A stretch of 64,000 nucleotides of DNA from the human T2T-CHM13v2.0 reference genome, Homo sapiens. The DNA is taken from assembly GCF_009914755.1 (NCBI RefSeq), contig NC_060934.1, one strand, 5' to 3'. A model generated the notes under the pieces. The model saw only the letters and a program-made list of their open reading frames with translations. It searched no databases and was not told the DNA's origin. Below are positions 42,807 through 64,000 of the stretch, one piece after another. Made by a program: the position numbers and the translations under genes. Positions within the stretch are counted from its first letter, which is position 1; the number at the start of each line of letters is the position of its first letter.

Positions 42807-43724
42807 GTTAAGAATATTTCTCTTGTTTAACTATGGATATGATTATCACAAAAAACTTGAGTGGTCTTCTTTAAAAATGAAAAAATTTATTTTGAAAATA
42901 TAATTTTATTAGTAGTTGGCTCAAGTCAAAGAGACAAAATACAGAATTTCTACCTCTCAAAATTGTTTAACTTATTTAACTTAATCTTCCCCAAATATTT
43001 CTCCTCTGACCTCAGATCGTATCCTATTCATTGCCTCATCCTACTAATTACCTGCATTACCTACAAATCACCTAATATGGCTCACACTTGGCTCTAGTAT
43101 TTTAAAAAAAAGACAATACTATATAGTCTATCAGGCTGACACTAAGCTGGCAATTTTTAAATCAGATAAATTCCATAACTAATACCATCAGTGCTACACT
43201 AGTAGAATCCTATTGGGATATCCCATGCATTCCAAGTTCTTAATGGTTATAGTGATGGTGCCTACATGCTTCTACAGGGTTTCTGGCCATTCTCTGCAGG
43301 TACCTTTAACTATGCCCAGAGGTCAGGGAACATCCAGTTAAATCAAATTTTTTTCTTATGGGAAATAATAGGGAAGCAACAGAAATAATATACTATTCTA
43401 CCTAGATGTCAGGTATTTATTCATAAGCATGGTTCTGTTCAAAGATATGCTCTCTGCTCATCATCATATTCTTCGAACTGTGCACGATACAAGGTACATA
43501 GCTGGTGCTCAATAAATATTAAATGAGTACATGAATAATTCATTATTCAAGTAAATTAGATGTCACAGTTTTTGCCTTCTTTATTTTGTTCTTTTCGATC
43601 AGTGGTTTCTCTTCCTTTGCAAATAAAAAAATGATTAAAATGTTTAACAAAACATGAATGAAAAAATGTAATGGTGCTCTTAAAGTCCCTAGTTCAAGTT
43701 GGGTATTCAAAAATCTTTCATTTT

Positions 43725-43880
43725 GCCCAGGTGCAATGTCTCATGCCTGTAATCCCAACACTTTCGGAGGCCAGGACAGGAGGACTGCTTGAGCCCAGGA
43801 GTTTGAGACCAGGCTAGACAACACAGTGAAACCCCATCTCTATAGAAAAACAAACAAACAACAACAATAACAAAAAAAAA
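43725..43880 (+). mobile_element. FLAM_C
   Basis: Single left monomer with (AAC)n tail. Confidence 0.8.
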
Positions 43881-44182
43881 CACTTTTGTTTAATTTAATG
43901 GGTTCAAACATTTCTGAAACAAAAAGAATAAGATTCTACTTTTGAATGCCCTGTCTTGTTATGGTCTCAGAAAAATGTTTACCTAGGAAACACAGCCTAA
44001 TAATATCACTTCATGTAATATAACTAAATGTACATAAGTTATCTGTATCAAACTATCCCCAGCAATTATTAATAAGTTCCACCTTTAATACTTCAATCAG
44101 GTCGACAATTGTATTTCTATAAATTTTATATTCATATATTCACTTAAGTAAATTATACTTCTTAAATATTAAAACAAGTTCT

Positions 44183-44573
44183 GGCCGGGAGTGGTGGCTC
44201 ATGCCTGTAGTCCCAGCACTTTGGGAGGCTGAGACAGCTTGAGCTCTGGGAGTTCAAGGCCAGCCTGGGCAACGTGGCAAAGCTTTGACTCTACCAAAAA
44301 AAAAAAAAAAATTAGCCAGGTGTGGTGGCACACACCTGTGGTCCCAGCTACTCAGGAGGCTGAGGTGGAAGGATTACTTGAGCTCAAGAGGGCAAGGCTG
44401 CAGTGAACCAAGTTGCAGTGACCTCAATTCCCCCCACCTTCCCCTCCTCCATCTCTATCCCCCTCAGGCTCAGGTGATTCTCCTACCTCAGCCTCCTGAG
44501 TGTCTGAGACTACAACAAGGATATGCCCATGCTGTATGAGTTCCTTAAAAAAAAAAGAAAAAAAGAAAAAAAA
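44183..44573 (+). mobile_element. Rearranged AluJ (forward 44183-44413, inverted Alu piece 44467-44514, A tail 44548-44573)
   Basis: Directly visible; see findings. Confidence 0.75.
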
Positions 44574-45222
44574 CTTACCACATCAGTTTTCCATCAGAAT
44601 ATTAAAAGTGACAAAGGACTAACCATCAAATATAATATACATGTAATGGGCAGTATCATGTTAAAAAAAAACAAAAACTTGCCTAAAGCAGTAACATTAT
44701 ACTCACAGGCTGAAAAACAGGAATAAATGTCCTGGGCCCACAGACACATAAGAGGCCAACACGGAACACACACAAAAAAAACATAAAATATCAATTCTAA
44801 AGCAATATGCAAAGTATACATTTATTTTAAGACTTTTTGCTTACTGCCTTAAAAGTCTGAAAATATCTTTTGAGGGGTCTCGAATAGAAGTCCACAAAGT
44901 TTTGAACATTTTATTGCAATGAAATTTCCTTTAGCAACAACAGAAACAATAAACTGTTAAGATTTATTAAGCATTTACTCTAAGCACTTGACTGACTTAT
45001 CTTGCCAATCATCTCAATACCCTAGAGTTTAACTATTCCTCTCCATGAGGAAGTTGTTAACTAAGATTCAAAACCAGGAAGGTCTATTTAATTCCAAAGT
45101 CCAGACTATTACTCACTATCCATATTGTCCCTACCAAATACTACAAGTATTAGTAATCATTTCTTAGAGCTGTGTTTAAAAAATACTTTTGTTACCACAG
45201 TGTAAAATATATTCATAACTAG

Positions 45223-45579
<357 letters not shown>

Positions 45580-45930
45580 AGATGTTTTTATATCAGATGA
45601 AAATAAACTAAGAATAAACATCTATGTTTAAAATATTTTAGTAGCCAGAGCCTACCTAACCAAATTGCTACCTGGGATTTTCCAATATTTCCATTTTAGT
45701 GGAGTTTAGCAACTGATATCTAATGGTGTAATTACTTTTTGTCCCCAAAAGTAATGTTGATGACCTGGAGACATTCCACACTAATATAATAAGGAGAACT
45801 AAGTAAAAAATCATGACTGAAAAAGTCAAATTTTTCAAAGAAAGGGCCAATAAACTTTTATGTTACTTTGCTAATGCTGGAGAGTGGAACAAAATGCACA
45901 AAACTATGAGCTCTTTAAGAGTAGAAACTA

Positions 45931-46257
<327 letters not shown>

Positions 46258-46408
46258 TTATCTAGCACACTGAAAGCTTCTAGTAAGTGGCAAATGTAAA
46301 ACAGATACTAGATATCCCTCTTACTAAGGAAAATTCAATGGGGCAAAAAATTCTGTCCCTCAAGAAAACTGATTAAGGTTTCTCTGCATTAAGAAATATC
46401 TACTCTTG

Positions 46409-46714
<306 letters not shown>

Positions 46715-46897
46715 TTAAGACTTACATTAATTATCCCCTTGCCTAAATTTGCTTCAAATTTTAGTTCAACTAACTAAATAGATAAAAGGTGAGAAATGGT
46801 GTCAATTCATCTTAAAGTATTGAAAACAGTTCTCACTAGGTTATCTCTCACACTGCATAACATGCTTGAAGAACTAACATAGTAGAGGTATTTTTAA

Positions 46898-47440
<543 letters not shown>

Positions 47441-47619
47441 TAAGTGAATATTAGCATAGTTTATAACATGGCATTATATGTTTACACCTAAAAAAAAAAA
47501 AAAAAAAGAATTTAATTCTACGTATGGTTAAAAGACCACTTCTTTCCAAACTGACATAAATTTTCACAAAGAATTCATCTGTGTGAGTTCATATCTATTG
47601 ATATTTAGTATTAGAAAAC

Positions 47620-48590
47620 AAAACTAAAAAATTTTTAAATTATGTATTAGTTCATTTAAAAATAAGCCTGTTACATATTAACATATGTTTTTATGAAAAA
47701 GTGATTAATCTCCCCTCCAAAAAAAAAAACGGCACAGTTTTACATTTTTACAAATCTCTTTATTGCCTGGATTCTCACATCTGCTTCTACATTCAATATT
47801 TTGCAATTTTTTTTTGGTTGAAGTACATAAACAATGGCCTTATAGATATGTCGGACAAGGAAGAAATACTTTACAGCCTTTTCATATTATTGTGAACATT
47901 CTTCTCAGACACTCCACCAAAACTTGACAAGTGGCAGTTTCTTAAAGATGAGTTGCAATGTGGAATCTAAAAATCATAACAATTAACTCTTTGTACTTTC
48001 TCACATTAAAACCCACTTGTCTACCTTGCACTGTGAATGGCTCTCTTACCCACTGTACACTGGTCACTTGAGGAACATTCATTCACTGAGTTACGCTTAT
48101 CTTCCAAATGTTGAAACATTTCATTACACAACATTAAGAACAAACAACAAAACAAAAACTTTAATATCACCACTGCTTTCATGAAGAGTCTTGAGATTGA
48201 GAAGCTGTAAGCTCATGACAACAAATCTAAGTTTTCAAAATTCTAATCTCCAGTTGAGCTCAAAAAACTCACCATGTCATTTCTTCATAAATTTTTAAAA
48301 AGCTTGAATTTTATCATATGCAATAAAAATCAATTATTTTCTTATTTTTTTTTAATTTTGGGGGTACATGGTAGGTGTGTATATTTATAGAGTACATGAG
48401 ATGTTTTGATACAGGTGTACAATGTAAAATAAGCACATCCTGGAGAGCAGGGTGTCCATTCCCTCAAGCAAAAATTGACAATTTTCTTTAAAGTGATAGG
48501 CTTACTTCTGTTCATTTTTGAGAAAATGTCTAATGTCCTAGTATGAATAATCAGTTTGTTATTCTTTCAAGTAAAATTTACCAATCAAAC
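47620..48590 (-). mobile_element. Charlie1-type hAT transposon internal fragment (decayed hAT dimerisation domain)
   Basis: Minus strand near 47850-47950 reads KKLPLVKFWWSV*EECSQ*YEKAVK...PTYL, resembling the hATC motif with stops. Confidence 0.7.
48341..48470 (-). mobile_element. L1MA1/2-like 3' tip inserted in the Charlie element
   Basis: gggtacatggtaggtgtgtatatttat...gtccattccctcaagca. Confidence 0.75.
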
Positions 48591-48930
48591 AAGAGCAACA
48601 AAATTTTAATGTAATCATTTTTAGTAGTTTTTAAAAGGTATAACTACTTCCTTGACTTCTTAACCTGGGAACAGGAAACTATTTTTTCAATGTAAAAATA
48701 AAGTATCTCTTTACCTTAGAAAGCAGCTGTGAAGAAAACACACGTTAAGTATCTATCCAGTGCTTGACACACTGAAGATATCCTCCTCCCTCCATCAGTC
48801 AGAATAGCCTCTGGCTTTTTATTTTTCTATCACCTCATTAAAAACCAAGAGTTCCTTCCTGCTTTGCCTACTTTCCAACAACTTTTAAGTTACTGAATTC
48901 CACTGTTATGCTATATAAAAACAGACAAAT

Positions 48931-49233
<303 letters not shown>

Positions 49234-50379
49234 TTAAAAAAACACAAACAAACAAATACACAGTTATTCAACCATAGCTTAAAAAAAAGAGGGCCTCAAA
49301 AGTCAAGAATCTTTTGTAGATTCTGTGACACCAATTTTTCTGATTTCGAAGCCTATTCCTATACCTCTTTAATGTACACCAACCTACATTCATGGTTTTC
49401 TAAAATTCTGATCTTGACTGTTATAACAGACTTCAAACTAATTGTTGTGATAAAATTATTTGAGTAGTCATTCTGAGTTTAAACCATCTGCTTGGCATTT
49501 ACTGAAGCAACTGCTAAAGATATTCTATGCACAGAGATGAGATTTTTCTCAACAAAAATGCAAAAAATTTTCCACATCTGTTGTTTTTGTTGATATGTCA
49601 CCTAGATTAGCAAATTCTTCTCTAGAAAGAAAACAGGGTGAAAACACAGAACATTTTTAATGTACACATTTTTTTAATGACTCTATCAGGATTATGCCAG
49701 CTTCTCAACCATATTTTCCACAGCTACTCTCCTACAATTATACTACAATTATCTATGTGTTTGTGTGTATATATACATATGTACACAGAGAAAGCAACTT
49801 CTGATACCCAAGCCAAATGACACTGTGACTTTGGCCTTTAAATATAACACCTAAGATTTTTTTTTAATCATAGATTTAAGCACATGAATATTCCAGTATC
49901 AGAATCCAAGTACAGATGTGATGGAAATCTACATGAAACTGACTTTATACAGTAGCCAAGAATTCTGAAATATAAAAAGTATACTGACATCATATTCCAA
50001 AAGATAGATATACTCCAATGTACAGTAAATAACTGTGCTATATGAACATTTATTGGTTTCGACAGTCCTTTTTTGGGGTACTAGCACCACCACCATTGCC
50101 TTCTTTGGTTATCTGCTCTCCCCCTCAAATAATGTGATTCTGATGAAACTGTCAATCATACTACCCTGCACATCTCACAAAAGGACTGACACAAAATGCA
50201 GTTCTGATAAATCAGAGTGCTTAACCTAGCTACCAGAATAACTGGCCCAGACACGAACACAAGAACTAAGCTAGGCTGAGAAGTTTTTGCAAAGAATTTT
50301 ACACATGATCTTCAGGCCTTTCTCTTACAGTATCTAATTGTGATAATAAAAATGCAGAGCAGTCCGTAGCTATACCCTG

Positions 50380-51349
<970 letters not shown>

Positions 51350-51579
51350 TGCCCTTCCTATTTTATAGTACATAGAATTCCTCTCTACTCACAAAGTCTG
51401 GATCTTCAAAACTTTCAGTGGTGAACTATAATAAGTTTGGATGCTCTATTCCTTGCCAGCTCCCTCCCTGGTCTTCACAGCAGCTGGTGTCAATGACTGG
51501 CCTGGTACAGAATACATATACGTGGGAAGACCTAGAGACCCACAGTCAGAAAAAGAGGATATGACAGACAACTGCTATT

Positions 51580-52106
51580 TTGTCTGCCTGGCACCTCTCC
51601 CTTATTCTGGGAACAACAACATGTCTCCCTTATTTGGGGACAAACTACTACTTCTCTGGGGGAACTGCTTCTCCTCAAATTCTACCTAGGCAGTTTGGGT
51701 GGGGTCCAATCATGCTCCTGGCCATAAGTCTAAACATGTCCCAAGGCAAGCCAAGACAGACTCTTTCTCTGAGATTTTCTCAATTAGAACTAAGGAAAGA
51801 AAAAATAGATACTCTAATTTTAAAAACTAAGAATGTGATCCTGGCAGGTGCCAAAACTTGTCTACAGCCACGTGGATGAAATATCTTTGGAAGAATAACA
51901 GAACCATGGAGAGAAAATCAGAGATGAGAGATTGAAGAGGTAAAAAGAATCCTGACAGTGAACAAGGCCCTAGAGTTCCAATCATTCCTAATGCCCAAAT
52001 GAATAATCCCCTCCTGGACTTTGGTCTCATGGGCCTAAACATTCCCCTTTGTCTAAGCTAGTCATAGCTGGGTTTCCAGCACTTACAATTAAGAGTTCTA
52101 ATACAC
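51580..52106 (+). mobile_element. Old MLT1-type LTR
   Basis: 3' terminus ctaagctag...gggtttccagcacttacaattaagagttctaataca. Confidence 0.5.
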
Positions 52107-52207
52107 AAGGATGAAAGCAGAAAAAAAGAGTAAATATAAAACATAAGATAAACTGCATCTAGGAATCATGAGGTAAAAGCACACAGAGTTTAGGAAAAAA
52201 AGGTTAA

Positions 52208-52641
<434 letters not shown>

Positions 52642-52989
52642 TAGGCAAAGGGATTTAGAAAACCCAGAACCTGGCAGTATTAGCTAGCTAGCCTTCTAAG
52701 GCAAAGCCACTGAATATCATCTGTCAATTGCTTTGATTAAATAATGCTCTGCCAGTCACATAATCATCTAAGTGACCTTACTTCAGTTTCTGTGCAAAAA
52801 AGTACAACACAAAACAAATTTTACCAATAATTGCTATAAAGAATAATACAAAGTTCACCTTTGCACTCAAATAAATGAAGGTATTACTTTCTACTTTCTA
52901 AAAATGTTTTTAATAACTTTGAAAGTGTAAAAATCCAGTAACCACTTAAAAATTTTATCTTCTGTGATTAATGAATCTAAGGATTTTGA

Positions 52990-53294
<305 letters not shown>

Positions 53295-53424
53295 TAATAT
53301 ATATAAACTAAAACAAGCAGAAAAAACCATGGGATCTTGGAGGGCCATGAAATTCTCATACATACTTGTACTTAGTCATTCTAATCTCCAACACTGCCTG
53401 TATATACATTACTGTGCAGTGAAT

Positions 53425-53645
53425 AGAACTAATATTGTACCAAGTACCTCTTTTTGTGTCTGGGTACATAAGTCATTTCACAACAGAATTTCATTTAAAC
53501 CTAATGACAATTCTGAGCTCCATTTCTAGAGGGGAGAAAACTGAGGCTCAGAGATTAAATGGTTCACCCAAGGATCAGCAAAGCAGAGGCAGATCCAAAA
53601 TCTGAAAATCTAAATCAGTTTCAACCCAAGTTCAGTCCCCACATT
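53425..53645 (-). mobile_element. MIR
   Basis: ccatttctagaggggagaaaactgaggctcagagattaaatggttcacccaagg core. Confidence 0.75.
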
Positions 53646-54685
53646 GTCCTCAATTTTAAAAAAGTAAAATAAGCAACAATTATACTAGTGCTCAAAGAGA
53701 CAAATAATTCCAACCTACAAATAGGTTGCTTTCTAAGATGACTGGAACTTCAAGCATATTTTACCAAAAAATATTACGTTATAAATACTGAGGATTAGGT
53801 TTTCTAATTCACCAAAACTTATTTAAGCCATTATATAGCAGAAATCATAAGTACTAAAAGAAGACTGAGCCCCTAAATCGCCTAAGATTCCTAACTTTAG
53901 ACATGCTCTAAGCAATAATTAAGTAGGAAGTCTACGGTAAGACTGGGCTGGTGACAAAGCAGCATTTCAGAAAATTTTAAGAAAGCTAAATAACGACTCC
54001 ATGGTTCCAGGAGTGTGGCAAGAGAGGACTTATCAAAAAGATTTATCAGCAGCAAGCTAGGATTTGGATGAAAGGGGACACTATTAACTGGCTATTCAAA
54101 GCCAGTTTACACTTGTTTTTAGATTCAGTACCATCTATGTAGAAACAGATTTAGTAAAATCTCTAACAAACATTAAAACAAAAAGGACTTTATACCTAAT
54201 CCTGAATTAACCAGAAAATCCAATTAGCCTAAAAAAAGGAAAATCCCATTCCTCAAGCACTCTTCTTAACTGAAATTCCATTTGTATAATACTTTGTAAA
54301 ATATTCCCTATAGTGAAACTGCACATACAGCATGATTCCTACTTTGTAAATATATGTATATATATTTAACACTTGTAGTTTTTAAACACAATAAACACCT
54401 CTATTAGCAGCTGACACAATTTAGAAAAAAAGACTAAAAGGAAATATTTAAATGGTTTTCAATTAGAACTGAAGCTGAAATCTATAACAAATTCGGGAAC
54501 TGGTTTTGTGAACCCATTATACTATGATAATAGCACCTTGAAATGTTGGTTGATGTGTTGTTCTATATAAAAATTTTCCAAATCAATGTAAGATTAGGCT
54601 TCAAATGCCAGAAATGTGTTAGTTTATCATCATCAATGAATAAACTCTTTCTATGAATATATATGCCAACATAAAAAGCTAGTAT

Positions 54686-59660
<4,975 letters not shown>

Positions 59661-60049
59661 TGGATGTGATCCAGGACATCATTAAACTTTTTTTACTTTG
59701 AAAAAAAAAAAAAAAGCTAGTATGTAACAAATGTAAACATTTCTAGATTTATGGTCATCATCATAAAAACTCATTATTGCATTTTTAAAATAATATGATT
59801 CTAAGCTTTATAGATTTCTGGCCTTCTTCCTAAATGTCAGGTTGTCAGTTATCACTTTTTCTTCTGGCATCGTGTCAGCCTCATAGAGAAAAGTCCTATC
59901 ATTTCTACTCCCCAGTTTCAGATCATACTTTCTAATGATAGGGACCTGGGAAACTTGATACTCAAGATTGATAAGACACACATATTAAACGAACATCAAT
60001 GTGATTATGAGGGGGAAAAAAAGGGCTTCAGCAAAGTATATGGTTCTTA

Positions 60050-61235
60050 ATAAACCATACAAAAACATCTCATAAAATCAGTGAGTGAGTTAGGCAAGGT
60101 GGCAAGATACAAGATGAACATGAAAATCAACTGTAGAACTTCCTATTTTAGCTCAGACATGTAACAAGCTTGGAAGTCATCATTCTCATCCTAACACCAA
60201 GATAAAAGCTGAACAAACTGAAAATAATTTATTTCTAGGACCCATTACAGAACCAAAGTCACGTGTCAAACCACTACCCCAAAATTTGGAGAGCAAGGCA
60301 AATTCAGAGTCACACAGATCTATTTCCCTGGAACAGAAACCCTGGAGCTATAAACTGGAAGGAACATTTAAATGGTCATTTCAATGAACTGCTGGAGGCT
60401 AAGTGTGGACTAGGATGAGAATGACTAACTTCTAGGAGTGGCAGTCTTGAAAGAAAGACCTTATACTTTTGTGGGGTTTACTTCCAAAAACAACATCAGC
60501 TTCCTACAGTAAAGAGCCAAGAAGATACTCCCATAGCTCTGACAAGGGGAGGGAAAAAATAACTAGTATGAAATAAGCCCAAGTCATTCATCATAACAAA
60601 GACTTACTTCCTAGACTTACAAAGACTTAAAAGGGTTTACCAGAGCCTTATCTGACCTGAGGAAAGGGCACTTCCCAGACTCCACATCCCTGGTCTTGCC
60701 TAAGGGAAAGGGTAAACTAAGAGACACTTGTAAAATTCACAGCTCATGACGCACACACACTAAAAGGCTAAGATTTAATCCTAACAGAACACTATCCCCT
60801 TCCCCATACTTTACCACCACTCCAACAGGCCTCCAGTACATCAACAGTGAACTGAGGGGCACAGGGTGGGAGTTGGGTGTGGGGTGGGGGCGCCTACCTT
60901 AAGTAGTATCTAAGGAAAATCTTAGATACTTAGTATCTAAGTAGATACTAAGGAAAATCTCTTAGAGACAAACACTGATGTCTGAAGAATTTAAAGCCTC
61001 TGGTACCTACAACTACAGCGAACATTAAAAGCAATCCAGTTTCTACTCAGATAACCCAATACCCCACTTCAGTTCCTATCACCTGATATATGGTGTCTGG
61101 CTTTCAACCAAAAATTGCAAGGCATGCCAAAAGGCAAGAAAAAAACAGTATGAAGAAACAAAGCAAGCAACAGAATCAAACTCAGCTGTGGCACAGATGG
61201 AACTATTAGACGGGAAACTGAAAATATCTACTATT
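60050..61235 (+). mobile_element. Old L1M fragments (short ORF2 piece, then L1MD-like 5' region)
   Basis: ggcaaggtggcaagatacaagat; tgtctggctttcaaccaaaaattgcaaggcatgccaaaaggcaagaa. Confidence 0.6.
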
Positions 61236-61236
61236 A

Positions 61237-61521
<285 letters not shown>

Positions 61522-61855
61522 CTACAGAATGGGAGAGGGGAGAAAATATTTGCAAATCATACATTTGGTAAGTGACCTCTACCTAAACTATATAACGAAT
61601 TCTTACAACTCAATAATAAGGCAACGCAACTTAAAAATGTGCCAAGAATTTGAATAAATATGTCTCCAAGGAAAATATATAAATAGCAAATGAACATATG
61701 AAAAGATGCTCAACGTCATTAATCATGAGGCAAATGCAAATTAAAACCACAATCAGACACTTCCTACTCACTAGAATAACCATAAGCAAAAAGCCAGATA
61801 ATAAAAAGTATTGACAAGGATGTGGAAAAATTGGAACCCTAATGCATTGCTGGTG

Positions 61856-61942
61856 GGATGGTCCTGATCTCTTGACCTCGTGATCTGCCCACCTCGGCCT
61901 CCCAAAGTGCTGGAATTACAGGCGTGAGCACCGCACCTGGCC
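61856..61942 (-). mobile_element. Alu 5' fragment (AluSc-like, first about 87 nt)
   Basis: ggatggtcctgatctcttgacctcgtgatctgcccacctcggcc...cctggcc. Confidence 0.85.
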
Positions 61943-61960
61943 CAACTGCATTTTTATATG

Positions 61961-62247
61961 CAGTCATATGCTGAATAACGTTTCAGTAATGGTGGACCAC
62001 ATACACAAACGTGGTCCCATAAGATTATAATACTGTATTTTTGCTGTACCTTTTCTATGTTTAGATACACAAATACTTAGCACTGTGTTATAACTGCCTA
62101 CAGTATTCAGGACAGTCACATGCTGTACAGGTTTGTAGCCTAGGAGCAACGGGCTACACCATCTAGCCTGGGTGTGGAGGAGGATAGACCATCTAGGTTT
62201 GTGTAAGTACACTCTGTGATGTTCCCACAACAATAAAATAGTGTAAC
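61961..62247. mobile_element. Tigger3a (MER7A/GOLEM)-like, one end missing
   Basis: cagtcat TIR, ggtcccataagattataatac, caggtttgtagcctaggagcaa. Confidence 0.85.
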
Positions 62248-62266
62248 AACAACAAACAAAAAAAAA

Positions 62267-64000
62267 CACGTCCACAGATGTTTATAGCAGAATTATTCAT
62301 ACTAGCCAAAAAAGGTGGCAACAATCAAAATGCTCCAAAAGTGGCAGATGGATAAACAATAGAATATTATTCCACCACAAAAAGGAATGCAGTACTGATA
62401 CATGCTACACACAACATGGCTGAACATTGAAAACATTTAGTCAAGTGCAAGAAAGCAGTCACAAAAGACCACATAAATATGATTCCACTAAAATAAAAGG
62501 TCCAGAATCGGAAAATCTATGGAGATAGAGAATAGATTAATGGTTGCTTGGTGCTGAGGACCACAGACGACAGTGGGGTGATAGCTAAAGGTTATAGAAA
62601 ACTACAAAACTCTAATGAACGTTATCGAAAACAGTCTAAATAAATGAAGACATAGTCCTTGTCCATGAATTACAAGACTATAGTGTTAAGATGTCAATTC
62701 TTTCCAGTTTGATCTGTAGATTCAATCCAATTCCAATCAAAATCCCAACAAACTATTTTGTAGATATGGACAAAGTGAAATTTAAACCTTACATGGAAAA
62801 GCAAAAGACTTAGAACAGCCAACACAATACTGAAGTACAACCAAGTAGGAAGACACATATTAGTTACTTTCAACACTTACTATAAAGCTACATTAATCCA
62901 GACAGCATGGTATTAGCAAAGGAATGACACAGAGATCAATGGAACAGAATAAAAAGTTCAGAAACATACCCACAAAAATTGATCTTTGACAAAGGAACGA
63001 AGTCAATTCCATGGAGAAAGAAAAGTCTTTTTCAACAAATGGTGGTGAAACAATTAGATGGATATATGCAAAGAAAATGAACCTAAAGACCTTACACCTT
63101 TCACAAAAAATTAACTAAAAATGGATCACAGGCCTATATTTAAGGTGAGAAACTATAAAAATTCTAGAAGTGAAACAGAAAAATCTAGGTGACTTTTGGT
63201 TTGGCAATGAGTTTTTAGATACAACAGTAAAAATATGATCCATGAGAGAAATAATTGTTTAGTTTTGTACTTTATTAAAATTGAAAACTTTTGCTCTACA
63301 AAAGTCACTGTTAAGAGAATGAAAAGACAAGCTACAGACTGGAAGTATTTGTAAAACATACATCTGATTAAAGAATTTACATTCAAGATATACAAGGAAC
63401 TCTTAAAACTCATCAATAAGAAAACAACCCAATTAAAAACTGACAAAAGACCTGAATAGGCACTTCACCAAAGAATATATAAAGATGGCAAATAATAAGC
63501 ATATGAAAAGATGCTCAACATTATTTGCAATTAGGAAATACAAACTAAAACAATGAGATACTTTACATGTATTAGAATGGGTGAAATCCAAAAAACTAGT
63601 AATACCAAATGCTCGTGAATATGTGGTACAACTCTCATCCATTGCTGATGGGAATACAAAATAGAAAAACCACTTAGAAAGACAGTTTGACAGTTTCTTA
63701 CAAAGCTAAACAGAGTCATACCATACTAAACAGAGTTAAACATACCATACATCATGTTCTTAAGGATTTACCCATCTGATTTGAATCTGCTCATGAATGT
63801 TCATTGCAGTTTTATTAATAACCAACAAAAACTGGAAGCAACCAAGACATCATTCAATAGATAAATGGATAAACTGTGAAAGATCCATACGATTAGATTA
63901 TACAGCAATAAAAAGAAATGAGCTGTCAGGCCATGAGAAGGCATGGATGAATCTTAAATACACACTCCTAAGTGAAAGAAGCCAATCTGAAAAGGCTACC
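62267..64000 (+). mobile_element. Old L1MB/MC/MD 3' fragments (also 61521-61855)
   Basis: tactataaagctaca, gatcaatggaacagaata, ttttcaacaaatggtg, aaactggaagcaacc, aagtgaaagaagccaatctgaaaaggctac. Confidence 0.75.

Overview
Human genomic DNA: a human-specific AluYa5 is present and the exon translations match my recollection of human ARHGAP12. The whole window lies inside ARHGAP12 (Rho GTPase-activating protein 12, SH3-WW-PH-RhoGAP) on the minus strand. Six internal coding exons were found by translation and GT-AG boundaries: 24802-25065 (WW1), 17477-17617, 15930-16010 (WW2), 6875-7000, 3051-3125 and a 15-nt microexon at 2719-2733. All are phase 0-0. Positions 25066-64000 are part of one large intron. 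The rest is mostly interspersed repeats: about 35 Alu/FLAM copies or fragments, old L1M, L2 and MIR, MLT LTRs and hAT/Tigger DNA transposon relics. There is also a 5-kb L1PA5-like element with a 5' inversion and an apparent 3' transduction. I see no evidence of a new multi-gene system. The best leads are a hidden WW-like repeat in a cassette-type exon, candidate unannotated poison/cryptic exons, and several unusual retrotransposition structures. Repeat subfamily names and old-repeat boundaries come from memory of consensus sequences and are approximate.
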